DNA of 64,000 bases from Octopus sinensis. Taxonomy: Eukaryota. Positions 27,676 through 38,529 of the stretch are shown here, one piece after another. The notes under the pieces are model-generated. The model had not been told where the DNA came from. It saw only the letters and a list, made by a program, of their open reading frames with translations, and searched no databases. Position 1 is the first letter of the stretch; the number at the start of each line of letters is the position of its first letter. The position numbers were made by a program, and so were the translations under genes. Where the stretch lies: positions 8,494,001 through 8,558,000 of the forward strand of contig NC_043002.1 of the NCBI RefSeq assembly GCF_006345805.1, given 5' to 3'.

Positions 27676-27775
27676 ATGAAAGAGATGTAAAGCCTCCAAG
27701 ATTGTATTCACTGTGGAACTGGTGGATCCCCGAATATCAGCAACTAGTGTGAGACCAACACATTTTTTCCTTTTT
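27676..27775 (-). CDS. Internal coding exon (phase 2 to 0) of the same Sec14-like domain gene
   Basis: Acceptor ccgtttcttgtttccttttactttcctctag|, donor CAT|gtgagt; 100 nt: (R)KRKKCVGLTLVADIRGSTSSTVNTILEALHLFH. Matches the 'GLT/GFTxxxDxRGS' strand typical of Trio/SESTD1/PLEKHG4 Sec14 domains. Confidence 0.9.
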
Positions 27776-28294
27776 CTAGAGGAAAGTAAAAGGAAACAAG
27801 AAACGGTTATATTTGATTGATGTTCCATGATAAACAGCTCAAGTTTTGAATTCATTCAAGTGGGTCAGAGGTCAGGGAATTGTCAAAATGTTTATAGTTA
27901 TGTTGTAAGTTGTTAGATGTAAGGAGCATGAAGAAGAAGTGGCTGGGAGATTTGGGAAGGAAGGGCATGATAGTAGAAGTAAGGAGGGAGAAGGAGAGAA
28001 TTGTGCCTATTGGTATTAATGTGTGCAGGCGTGTTAGCGTGTGTGTGTGTGTGTGCGCGCACGTGAATGCACACACATGAGGATAGGGAGGTGTTTGAGT
28101 TGAGGAGAGAGAAAAGGAAGAATGAGAAATTTGTGAAGGGAAGGTCTTTGAGGTGGATGTCATAGAATAGAAGAAGAAGATGGAAAATAGCAGAATAACA
28201 GGTGTCAAAATAGGGGAAAGTTGTGGGCAAAGAAGGGAAGGGGTGGGGAGAATGGGAGTTACAAAGAAAAGGATATTGAGCAAGAAAAAGCAAG

Positions 28295-28705
28295 ATATGA
28301 AGAAGGAGAGAGAACAAGAGAGGTGAGAGAGAGAAAGAGAGAGAGAGAGAACAAGAGAGGTGAGAGAGAGAAAGAGAGAGAGAGAGAGAACAAGAGAGGT
28401 GAGAGAGAAAGAGAGAGAGAGAGAGAGAACAAGAGAGGTGAGAGAGAGAAAGAGAGAGAGAGAGAACAAGAGAGGTGAGAGAGAGAAAGAGAGAGAGAGA
28501 ACAAGAGAGGTGAGAGAGAGAAAGAGAGAGAGAGAAAGAAAGAGGATGAGGGAGAGGGAGAGAAAGAAAGAGAGAGAATGAGGGAGAGAGAGAGAGAGAG
28601 AGAGAACAAGATGAGAGAGAGAGAGAAAGAGAGAGATAGAAAGAGAAAGAGAGAGAACAAGATAGGTGAGAAAGAGAGAGTGAGTAAGAGAGAGAGAGAG
28701 AGCAG
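28295..28705. repeat. GA-rich minisatellite (units of gaacaagagaggtgagagagagaaagagagagaga)
   Basis: At least 7 recurrences of gaacaagagaggtgagagag. Confidence 0.9.
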
Positions 28706-28947
28706 GAAAATGAAACCTAATTAAAATTGTCAATGTTTGACTTGATTAACTTTAGCTATAAAACTATGAAATGAAGTTTGAAAGGAGAATAGAATTCAAA
28801 GATGTGGAGACAATTGAAATATGAGTGCAGAAGATGAAATAGAAACAAGGTGACAAAGATGGGAATCAGGAGACCAAACTCTGATTGTCTCCATCAACCA
28901 GGTATGAAATAAACATATTACCATTTCTATTTTGAAACTGAAAAGGT

Positions 28948-29325
28948 TACTCTTTTACTTGTTTCAGTCATTTGACTGCGGCCATGCTGGAGCACCACCT
29001 TTAGTCGAGCAACTCGACCCCGGGACTTATTCTTTTGTAAGCCCAGTACTTATTCTATCGGTCTCTTTTGCCGAACCGCTAAGTGACGGGGATGTAAACA
29101 CACCAGCATCGGTTGTCAAGCAATGCTAGGGGGACAAACACAGACACAGAAACATATACACACACGTACATATATATATACATATATATGACAGGCTTCT
29201 TTCAGTTTCCGTCTACTAAATCCACTCACAAGGCATTGGTCGGCCCGGGGCAATAGCAGAAGACACTTGCCATGATGCCACGCAGTGGGACTGAACCCAG
29301 AAACATGTGGTTGGTAAACAAGCTA
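28948..29325 (-). mobile_element. SINE family A
   Basis: Same body and tail. Confidence 0.85.
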
Positions 29326-29619
29326 TGCTATAAAGACGGTCAGGCAGCAATAAAAATTGGAAAAAACACTTGCATCAACCATCCATATTCAAATCTCTAA
29401 GTTCTTAAAACTAGCATGGAAAGTAGAATAACAGGTGTCAAAACATTTTTGAAAAAAGTATGTTTGTGCGTTTACATAAGAGAGAGCGAGCGAGTGCATA
29501 TGTGTGTGTGTGCATACACATATGCACAAGCATGTGCATGTATGGTCTTCATGAAAGACTTTACAGGCAAATGTCCATTTTGATTCAATGAAAGAAATTT
29601 AAATTCAGCAAGTTACGGA

Positions 29620-30000
29620 GATGTACTTGCATAGCAAGTGACTTGATCTGAGATCGTGTGCTGGAACGAAAACAATTGCAGCGTGGAAGGTGTTTATAAG
29701 CCATTTTAGGAAACACACAAAATCCGTTAGATTCACTTCAACATTTAAATATAATTTGTCAAAATATTTTCGTCGCTTTGAGACCACGACAAAACTTTAT
29801 ATGCAGCACAAAGTTTTGTCAGTGAACAGGTCGCGGTCTCAAAGCGACGGAAATATTTTGACAAATTGAATTTAAATGTTGAAGTGAATCTAACGGATTT
29901 TGTGTGTTTCCTAAAATGGCTTATAAACACCTTCCATGCTGCAATTGTTTTTGTTCCAGCACACGATCTCAGATCAAGTCACTCGCTATGCAAGTACATC
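29620..30000. mobile_element. Foldback (palindromic) element, probably Penelope-like-derived
   Basis: Long inverted arms gatgtacttgcatagc...gctatgcaagtacatc around a short asymmetric centre; carries a hammerhead-like motif. Confidence 0.75.
29815..29865 (+). ncRNA. Minimal type-I hammerhead-like motif, G3:C8 variant, with A13G change (probably inactive copy)
   Basis: TTTGTCA-GTGAACA-G-GTCGC-ggtctcaaa-GCGAC-GGAA-ATATTT-TGACAAA: 7-bp stem I, 5-bp stem II, palindromic AAUAUU stem III. Confidence 0.6.
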
Positions 30001-30011
30001 TATATATATAT

Positions 30012-30262
30012 ATCATCATCATTCATCATTGTTCGACCGTGGTCGAGACAATGGAATTTACCATGTTGCGCCAGACTTCACGGTCCATCATAGCATTACG
30101 GAGGTCCTGTTGCTGGATGCCTGTATCCCTGGAGATTACATCAGGGTAGGAGAGTGTGCGCCCTCTGGTGTTGCGAGTAGATGGCTTCCAGAGGAGAAGA
30201 GTAGAAATTACTTCTTTTTCAGCTCTACAACAATGTCCAGCAAACTGGACTCTCCTACCTTT
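30012..30262 (-). mobile_element. RTE-X-like LINE 3' end
   Basis: Translates ...QFAGHCCRAEKEVISTLLLWKPSTRNTRGRTLSYPDVISRDTGIQQQDLRNAMMDREVWRNMVNSIVSTTVEQ*, followed by a (TGA)n tail. Confidence 0.8.
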
Positions 30263-30264
30263 AT

Positions 30265-30529
30265 ATTGCAGCGTGGAAGGTGTTTATAAGCCATTTAAGA
30301 AACACACAAAAACCATTAGATTCACTTCAACATTTAAATTCAATTTGTCAAAATATTTCCGTCGCTTTGAGACCGCGACCTGTTCACTGACAAAACTTTG
30401 TGCTGCATATAAAGTTTTGTCGTGGTCTCAAAGCGACGAAAATATTTTGACAAATTAAATTTAAATGTTGAAAGGAATCTAACGGTTTTTGTGTGTTTCT
30501 TAAATGGCTTATAAACACCTTCCACGCTG
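30265..30529. mobile_element. Truncated, inverted second copy of the same foldback element
   Basis: Inner arms and centre are the reverse complement of those in 29620-30000. Confidence 0.8.
30344..30394 (-). ncRNA. Second copy of the G3:C8 hammerhead-like motif (inverted duplicate, same A13G)
   Basis: Exact reverse complement of 29815-29865. Confidence 0.6.
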
Positions 30530-32069
30530 AAATTCAGCCAGGTTTACTAATTATAATGTAAGTTCAATTTTCAAATATGAACATATCACAACTCCATTTG
30601 GCTTTCTGGTTCAACGCTTAAAAATAGATTTATTTCCCCTCCTTCCAAATGCTAAATTATAATCATCAATTTCTAATTTTGCATTCTATACTCCCATTCC
30701 CCAATACCATCCTCACATACCTAAATTATTGTCTATGCATAATAATAAGGCTATGAGACACTTGTAAAACTGGATACCCTCCCTTTTTTTTTTTCAGATA
30801 TAAACAAACATTACTCTTGTCCAAATGATGTCAGTATGAAGAGATCATCATCATCATCACCGTTTAACGTCCATTTTCCATGCTAGCATGGGTTGGACAG
30901 TTCGACCGGGGTCTGAGAAGCCAGGAGGCTGCACCAGGCTCCAATCTGATCTGGCAGTGTTTCTACAGCTGGATGCCCTTCCTAACGCCAACCACTCCAT
31001 GAGTGTAGTGGATGCTTTTTACGTGCCACCGGCACAGTGGCCAGTTGAGGTGGCACTGGCAACGGCCACGTTTGGATGGATCTTTTTACGTGCCACCGGC
31101 ACTGGTATCACAACTACAATTTCCCAAATATCCTGTTTTCTTTCAGCAGGTTTTCACATTTAATCTCTTTAGAAAATCATGATATTTGTTTATATCTTTT
31201 GTAAAAAGTAAATGCCATGTATCGTTTGTGCCATGTGAAGACCATGTAGCTTACTTGAAAGACAAGGGTTGGTGACAGGAAGGGCATCAGGCTGTAAAAT
31301 ACTGTCTCATAAAGCCTCATTCAACCCACGTAGGTTTGGAAAAAAACAGACATGATAACAATGATAATGATGATGGTGATAATGGTGATGGCAGCCATAG
31401 CAACACTGAATGCTGATAATTTTCAGTAAGATTGCTGAAGAATCTAATCTGAACCTTTAGTAACCCTACCTCACTGTGTGCTTATTATTTTTAGTGATAA
31501 TGTAATTATACATTCCGCATGATAATAACACGGCATGAGGCTGTTCCCTTATAATATCCCACATTTGCAGGAATTTTACCAAATTTACCTTTCTAGTGTA
31601 TACCTACGATGGGCACTTATCTTTTATCTAGACATTCCAATGTTGACAACTACAACTTCTTATTTATTTATCATTTATTTTGCTTTTGGATTTGTCTTCG
31701 TCTTACAGTTTCATATTTTTCTCCCACTGTCAAATGAAGCAGAATCTTCCAGAGTGCTAATGTAAATTTTTATTTTGTTTCTTTTTCAAGCAAACATCTT
31801 ACATAGAATTCTACCTAGTCATCATGGAAGGTAGGCAGGCAGATAAGAAATATCTTGGCTAAATTTCCTTTTAGCTATAATAGATTATATGTTCTAAATA
31901 TAAATTAAACTTATAGGTGACATACACAAACATATATAGCTTTATAATTATTGAAATGCACAGCACCTTTTGCTAAAAACAAATGGTTTTTCTGGTTGTC
32001 ATCTTATTTACTTACTGGAAACAATAAATTATGAAGTCTTAAAACAAACAGCTGATATTCATTTCATTT

Positions 32070-32590
32070 ATTTCATCTAGTTTCAGCTCACGAGCTGTGG
32101 CCATGCTGGGGCATTGCCATTCGGTGTTGCTACATGATTTTACTTCATGAATGCTTTTTAGCAATTGACATTTGGTGCATGAGAGAGTTTAATGCAGCTG
32201 CCCTCATCTGCACCTCCTGCCGTGAAGTTAGTTCATCTGGGACACCTGACAGGAAGAGGTCCAGCTTTATTTTGAAGACATCTGCATCTATCCCATGCAG
32301 GTTTCTCAGGTCCTTCGAGAGGATATTGAAGAGCTGTGGACCTCTGAAGCCCAGGCTATTGCAGTATCTTGTTCTACATCTTGAGGGCAAATTTGGAGTC
32401 CTTGGCACTATGCAGTGGCACCCAGTTCTAGTATTTGTGTAACTCTCGATGCCAAAGTTTGGGACAAGTCTTTCCAGGATCTTCCAGATGTATATTATGG
32501 CATATCTTTCTCGCCTACGCTCTAAGGAATAGAGTCTTAATCTCTTGTGTTTTTCCCAATAGCTTATATGCTGCCTAGAGGCTATCTTTT
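32070..32590 (-). mobile_element. Same LINE family, 3' end
   Basis: ORF track 32145-32408 (GPQLFNILSKDLRN...FKIKLDLFLSGVPDE). Confidence 0.8.
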
Positions 32591-33674
32591 TCGTGTAGCT
32601 TCATTGGATTGCCTCAAGTTCTGAGATTAAATTAGAAAAGATTGAAAATACCCTAAACTTCACAAGATTCTTTCACTTCTACATGATTATTTGTTACCAT
32701 ATTTAGAATGAGTTATTAAAATTTCAAATACCTGTCAAAATGAGTTATACATTTCATATCAAGAGCTGTGTCACTTCAAACTGGTTTTAATTGTTGTTAA
32801 TTTTATACCATGGACTTGCTATAACCATAAAAGAATCTTTAAGAATTCAGAAATTTAAATTTAAAGCACCAACCGATTATGGCCGTTGCCAGCCTCTGGT
32901 GGCACGTAAAAAGCACCCACTACACACACGGAGTGGTTGGCGGTAGGAAGGGCATCCAGCTGTAGAAACACTGCCAGATCAGACTGGGCCTGGTGCAGCC
33001 CCCTGGCTTCCCAGACCCCAGTCGAACCATCCAACCCATGCTAGCATGGAAAGCGGACGTTAAACGATGATAATGATGATATAGATATATTAAAGAAACA
33101 TAAAATTCTGTTACATATTCAAGCAACGCACAATTTGTAAATGATAAATTGGATTTTAATTACAACTAGGTAGAAGTTATCTTTCCTATAAATTTTCTCA
33201 TCATTAACTTTGTGCAGTTGTTTGATCTAGAAACAACAGCTAAATCTCTTTCACATAACACATTACCTTCTAAAGATAGCAGATAATTAGGAAGTCCCAA
33301 AATTATGGGAAGACCTTGGCCAGAAAGTTTGTGATCACATGTTTTCAATCAGGCTATTGCTGGAGCTTAACAAGAACAATGGCAATAGTGACAACTGCTG
33401 TAAAAATATATAAATAGGTTGTTTTCAAGATCCTTTGATCTGTTAGAAATAGCAGTCACCCCCCCCCCTAAAAGTAATCTCTTAGACAGATTGGGTATTA
33501 TTTGTCAAAAGTGAAACAAGAACATCTCTATTGTAATGTGAGATAATAGTTTCAGTCTTAATAGTTTTACTATTTATACCTTCACTAAGTATATAATACA
33601 AACATACTGAAACTATTAAAAGTGAAATTATTATCTCACATTACATATATACATGCATAAACATACATACATAC

Positions 33675-33718
<44 letters not shown>

Positions 33719-33824
33719 ATATATATCAGTACATATATATATTGATGTAATCTATAGATTTATATGTAAATAAATAGATCTATCATCATCATCGTTTAAC
33801 GTCCGCTTTCCATGCTAGCATGGG

Positions 33825-33876
<52 letters not shown>

Positions 33877-33891
33877 GTATGTATATATATA

Positions 33892-35004
33892 CAGGAGTTG
33901 GACAAAATAATGGAAACACCTAGCATCATAGCATCATAATTTTGAAATATCTATAAGATCATCAAAAGATTATTTATTTTTATGTTTTTTTATTTATTAT
34001 TAGTGTTTCTTAATATGTTTTGCTAAAATTGCTGTTTCTTTCCAGATATCATCAGAAAAAGCTAATTAAAATTCATTAAAATGTCAGATCTATCAGACTT
34101 TCAAAGAAGTCAAATTGTTGGTGCTTGTATGGCAGGTGCTAGTGTAATGAAAACAGCCGAAATGTTTGGTGTATCAAGAAGTACTGTCTTGAAAGTAATG
34201 ATAGCCTTTGAGAAAGAATGAAAAACCTCCTCGTTGAAACAGAACTCCGGAATTCACCAGGAGCTGCACAAAGCTAGATTTCATGGGAGGCCTGCAATCA
34301 GAAAATCACTCCTTTCAAAAACAAACATTGCAAAGCATGGAATAAAAACCTACAGAATTGGTCCTTCAAGCAGTGGAAGTATGTTATTTTCTTGGACGAG
34401 TCACCCTTTACCTTATTTCCAACCACCGGCTGAGTATATGTATGGAGACAGCCAAAAGAAGCATTTGACCCAGACTGCCTTCTTCCAACTGTCAAACATG
34501 GAGGAGGATTTGTGATGAACTGCCCTAACCCAATGGTTTCCCTTCATGGCAGAATTAATAGTCAAGAGTATTAAGCATTTTATCTGATCAAATTCATCCT
34601 ATGGTTGCGGAACTGTTTCTGGAGAGAAACACAATCTTTCAGGATGATAATGCACCAATTCACAAAGCTAAAGTTACACACCGAATGGAACAAGGAACAT
34701 TCTAGTGAAGTTGTTCATCTTATCTGGTCACCACAGTCCCCAGATCTCAATATTATTGAACATTTATGGTGCATTTTAGAAAAAGAAGTAAGGAATTGAT
34801 ATCCTCCACCATCATCACTACAAAAACTAGAGGCTGTTTTAGCTGAAGAATGGATAAAAATTCCTTTGGAAACAATTCAAACTTTATATGAATCCATACT
34901 TCATAGGATTCAAGTTGTAATTACTGCCAAAAGTGGTTCTACTCCATATTAAAATAAATTTACTTGAAATTTTAAGGTGTTTCCATTATTTTGTTCAGCC
35001 CCTG
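33892..35004 (+). mobile_element. Tc1-family element with decayed DD34E transposase
   Basis: TIRs CAGGAGTTGGACAAAATAATGGAAACACC / GGTGTTTCCATTATTTTGTTCAGCCCCTG with TA flanks; MSDLSDFQRSQIVGA..., IFLDES, IFQDDNAPIHKAK, WSPQSPDLNIIEHLW; stops and frameshifts. Confidence 0.9.
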
Positions 35005-35083
35005 TATATATGTGTATATATATATATACATATGTATATAAACAAACAGATGTATTAGTATAACGCTCATGAATAGAGAAAGT

Positions 35084-35119
35084 CTTTTACGTTTCGAGCC
35101 TATGCTCTTCTACAGAAAG
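35084..35119 (-). ncRNA. Minimal hammerhead-like motif, A6U variant, in a Penelope-like fragment
   Basis: CTTT-CTGTAGA-A-GAGC-atag-GCTC-GAAAC-GTA-AAAG: stems I and II pair, ACGU stem III, GUA triplet; core position 6 is U. Confidence 0.55.
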
Positions 35120-35251
35120 GGACACAGAAAAAACAAGGAGAGAAACAAGGAGAGAAAAAATGTGTGTAGTGCCTAACGATCTATCATGGCGACTGCCAGA
35201 CAGAAGGATGTATATATATATACATCTATATATATACATTTGTGCAGATGT

Positions 35252-35297
<46 letters not shown>

Positions 35298-36179
35298 AGA
35301 CTTCCTACTTCCCCCCCCCCACCACCACCCTATATAAACTAGTGCACGAATGATGACCCTCCTATTTCGATTTCAATACCTTGGCTGTAAAATACGAATC
35401 TCAGAGGATGCAAAATTTCAGATAAGAGAACTTTTTTAAGCTTTCAACTGTTACTCACATTGTATTTCTGTGCGTATCATACACCCTTATAAACCCTTAT
35501 TAGTTTCCCTCTATTCTGTATTATTCTGTCTATTTCAGCACCATGCCATCATGTAAATCTAGTTATATAGTTTTGTCTCAATTGTTGATGTCTAAGATAA
35601 CCTTAGCTCACACATTTCCTTAATCTGCAACATATTCTTTCACTCATCTCTGAAAGTTTATCACAAAAACGACACAGTCATTCGTCTCTAATTTTGTCTT
35701 TCTCCAATTCTATTTACTATTATCAACATCTGCTGACTCGTTAATTAACTATGCCACTCAATCCTGAGTGGTTCGCCAGCCCTCAGTCAAAATCGTGCAA
35801 CCCACGCTAGCATGGAAAGTGGACGTTAAACGATGATGATGATGATATATATATACACACACATAATATATATATTATATACATGTATGTATGCCTGTAT
35901 ACATGTGAGATAATAGTTTCAGTATTAAAGCGAAACTATTAAAATGAAAGTATCTGATATTACAATAGAGAGATGTTATTGTTTCACTTTTAACACGTAA
36001 TACTGAGATAGTGGAGAAGATATGATATTGCTGTGGGCTCGCACTAGGGAAGAAGTTAAAAATTTGGGGGGCCTATGAAACTACATGGACCCTAAGTAAG
36101 GCATGTATAAAATTTGAATGAAATTGGTTGTGTAGTTCTCAAGTTTTAGGGATTCACAGACAGACAGACACACATTCTC

Positions 36180-36497
36180 ATCTTAGCACTTTCAAACTAT
36201 CATCTCTTTGGCCCCATGAAAGAGGGTTTGAGAGGCAAACATTATTCCAGTGATTAGGAAGTGAAAACTATAGTGAAGAAGTGGCTCAAAGAACAGTCAA
36301 CAGAATCTTATAGGGCAGGGATACATGCTCTCATTTGAAGGTGGAATATTGCTATTGAGAGAAACAGTGACTACGTTGAGAAATAGGAATGTGATCCACA
36401 GAGGACCAGTTTCATTTTGATGTATGATACATGTTCTTGTGTTGGTAATTATACCTGTCCTAAACAAAATGGCATTTCTTTTTGACTCACCCTCATA
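36180..36497 (+). mobile_element. Mariner 3' fragment
   Basis: YHLFGPMKEGLRGKHYSS.*EVK..VKKWLKEQSTE...YVEK*, then TIR ttttgactcaccctcata. Confidence 0.75.
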
Positions 36498-36602
36498 TAT
36501 ATATAGTTAATCCACACATGAAAACACAAAGAGAAAACACAACAACGCGAGGACGTGGAACAAGTATAGTGTTATTGGAAGCTCAGGAAAGAAAGGAGGA
36601 GG

Positions 36603-36637
36603 ATTTAACGTTTCGAGCAGAGCTCTTCATCAGAAAC
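36603..36637 (-). ncRNA. Minimal hammerhead ribozyme motif with intact core (extra A after A9), Penelope-like fragment ~36505-36700
   Basis: GTTT-CTGATGA-A-GAGC-tct-GCTC-GAAAC-GTT-AAAT: canonical CUGAUGA and GAAA, G10.1-C11.1 pair, palindromic ACGU stem III. Confidence 0.75.
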
Positions 36638-36887
36638 ATAGGAAAAGGAAAGAGCCAAGGAAGGGAAGACAGAGAAAAAAAATCGCCAACGGTACACACG
36701 CGGTCATGTATGTATGTATGTATGTATATATATATATATATATATTTATTTAAATTCAAATTATGATGAGAGTAGACATCAAACTTCATATATATATATA
36801 TTTATATTGGCTTTGTCATCATTGATGCTGTTCCCTATATAGGCACAAATGTAATTCTTTCCCAAATAAATTGCACTTCATATTCAA

Positions 36888-36968
36888 GGCTCTGATGAAG
36901 CCTTAAGCTACTATTTAGGCACTCAATTATGTGTCCACTACATCCTATAGCAGAAACAGCTGTAAGCT
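36888..36968 (+). ncRNA. Decayed hammerhead-like motif with long stem II
   Basis: GGCT-CTGATGA...GAAACAGCTGTA-AGCT: stem I GGCU/AGCU, palindromic ACAGCUGU stem III, GUA triplet; stem II is poorly paired. Confidence 0.45.
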
Positions 36969-37023
36969 AACAAAAGTTTATAAGTGAAAGTGAAAGTATA
37001 TTTATTCCTTTATCAGTTCTCCT

Positions 37024-37058
<35 letters not shown>

Positions 37059-38354
37059 GTAATCTTAGTAGAAATGATTTTTTTCCTCCTTGCTTTGTTT
37101 CTGTCATATTAATTTCATTTTTGTCAATGAACAGACATTTCCCTCCCTGCCCCCAGTACTGTGGCTATTTGGTCATTTGTGGTCAGCATGACCTTATAGA
37201 CTTCCAGTTGAACCATGTATCTTATTTCTTACCACTCCTCCCATAAATATTGTCTCACTGACTCACTTTGGTCTGTCATGAATAAAATGTGGCCGATGCC
37301 AGTGCCGCCCCAAATGGCTTCTGTGCCGGTGGCACATAAAGAGCACCATCCGAACGTGGCCGTTGCTAGTGCGGCCTTGGCTGGCTTCCGTGCCGGTGGC
37401 ACGTTAAAAGCTCCAACCGATCGTGGCTGATGCCGGACCCCCCCTGGCACCTGTGCAGGTGGCACGTAAAAAGCACCCACTACACTCACGGAGTGGTTGA
37501 CGTTAGGAAGGGCATCCAGCCGTAGAAACTCTGCCAGATCAGACTGGAGCCTGGAGCAGCTCCTGGCTTCCCAGACCCTGGTCAAACCGTCCAACCCGTG
37601 CTAGCGCAGAAAACGGATGTTAAACGATGATGATGATGATGATGAAAATAAACATGTTTATATAAAAGTGAAATTTCATTTTCCTTCCCTCGCTTTTAAT
37701 TTTATCCTCATCTTATTTAATTTAACTTCCTCTGCCATGCCTAAAGAGTTAAATATCATTTAAGTTAATTAATACCAGTAAAAAATGTGCTACTTTGTTT
37801 TGTTTCTGTTCTATTAGTCTTATTTTTGCCTATGAACATATATACATGTCTTCCGCATTTCTGTGCAGCCATTTAGCTAAATATTATTCACATTAAGTAA
37901 TCTTAGTAAAAATCGTGACAGTTTTTTTTTCCCCCACCTCTTTGGTTTGTTTCCCTTGTATTAGTTTCATTTTTGTCTATGAACAAAGTCCAAAGTCTCA
38001 ACCAGACATAAAGTGACATGGTGGTGGAACAGCATAGTAGAGAGGGCCATTAGAGCAAAAAAAAAAAAAAAACAGACTTGGAAGGACTAGAAGAGTGGTG
38101 GTGGTTGGGAACTATATAAGGCAGCGAGCTGGCAGAATCGTTAGCACGCCGGGCGAAATGCATAGCCGTATTTCGTCTGCCGTTACGTTCTGAGTTCAAA
38201 TTCCGCCAAGGTCGACTTTGCCTTTCATCCTTTTAGGGTCGATAAATTAAGTACCAGTTACGCACTGGGGTCAATGTAATCGACTTAATCCATTTGTCTG
38301 TCCTTGTTTGTCCCCTCTGTGTTTAGCCCCTTGTGGGTAGTAAAGAAACAAGTA

Positions 38355-38500
38355 GGGAACTACATCTGGTAGCTATAAGGGAAGCTAAGAGACAGGTATA
38401 TTTAACTTGCAGAGAAGCAGATAGGAAGAAGTTTGCCAGGGTCCTGGGGCATAAGGACCAGAGGTTTGAGATGTTACAGATTGCAAGACAGTGTATCAAT
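38355..38500 (+). mobile_element. RTE LINE ORF fragment
   Basis: AIREAKRQVYLTCREADRKKFARVLGHKDQRFEMLQIARQC. Confidence 0.6.
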
Positions 38501-38529
38501 TTCATGAGTGTCATCCTTAGGTCTGATGT

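Noticed and set aside
27852-28733. Longest ORF (293 aa, LSLS-rich) and overlapping ORFs
   Set aside because: Translation of GA/TC minisatellite; low complexity only.
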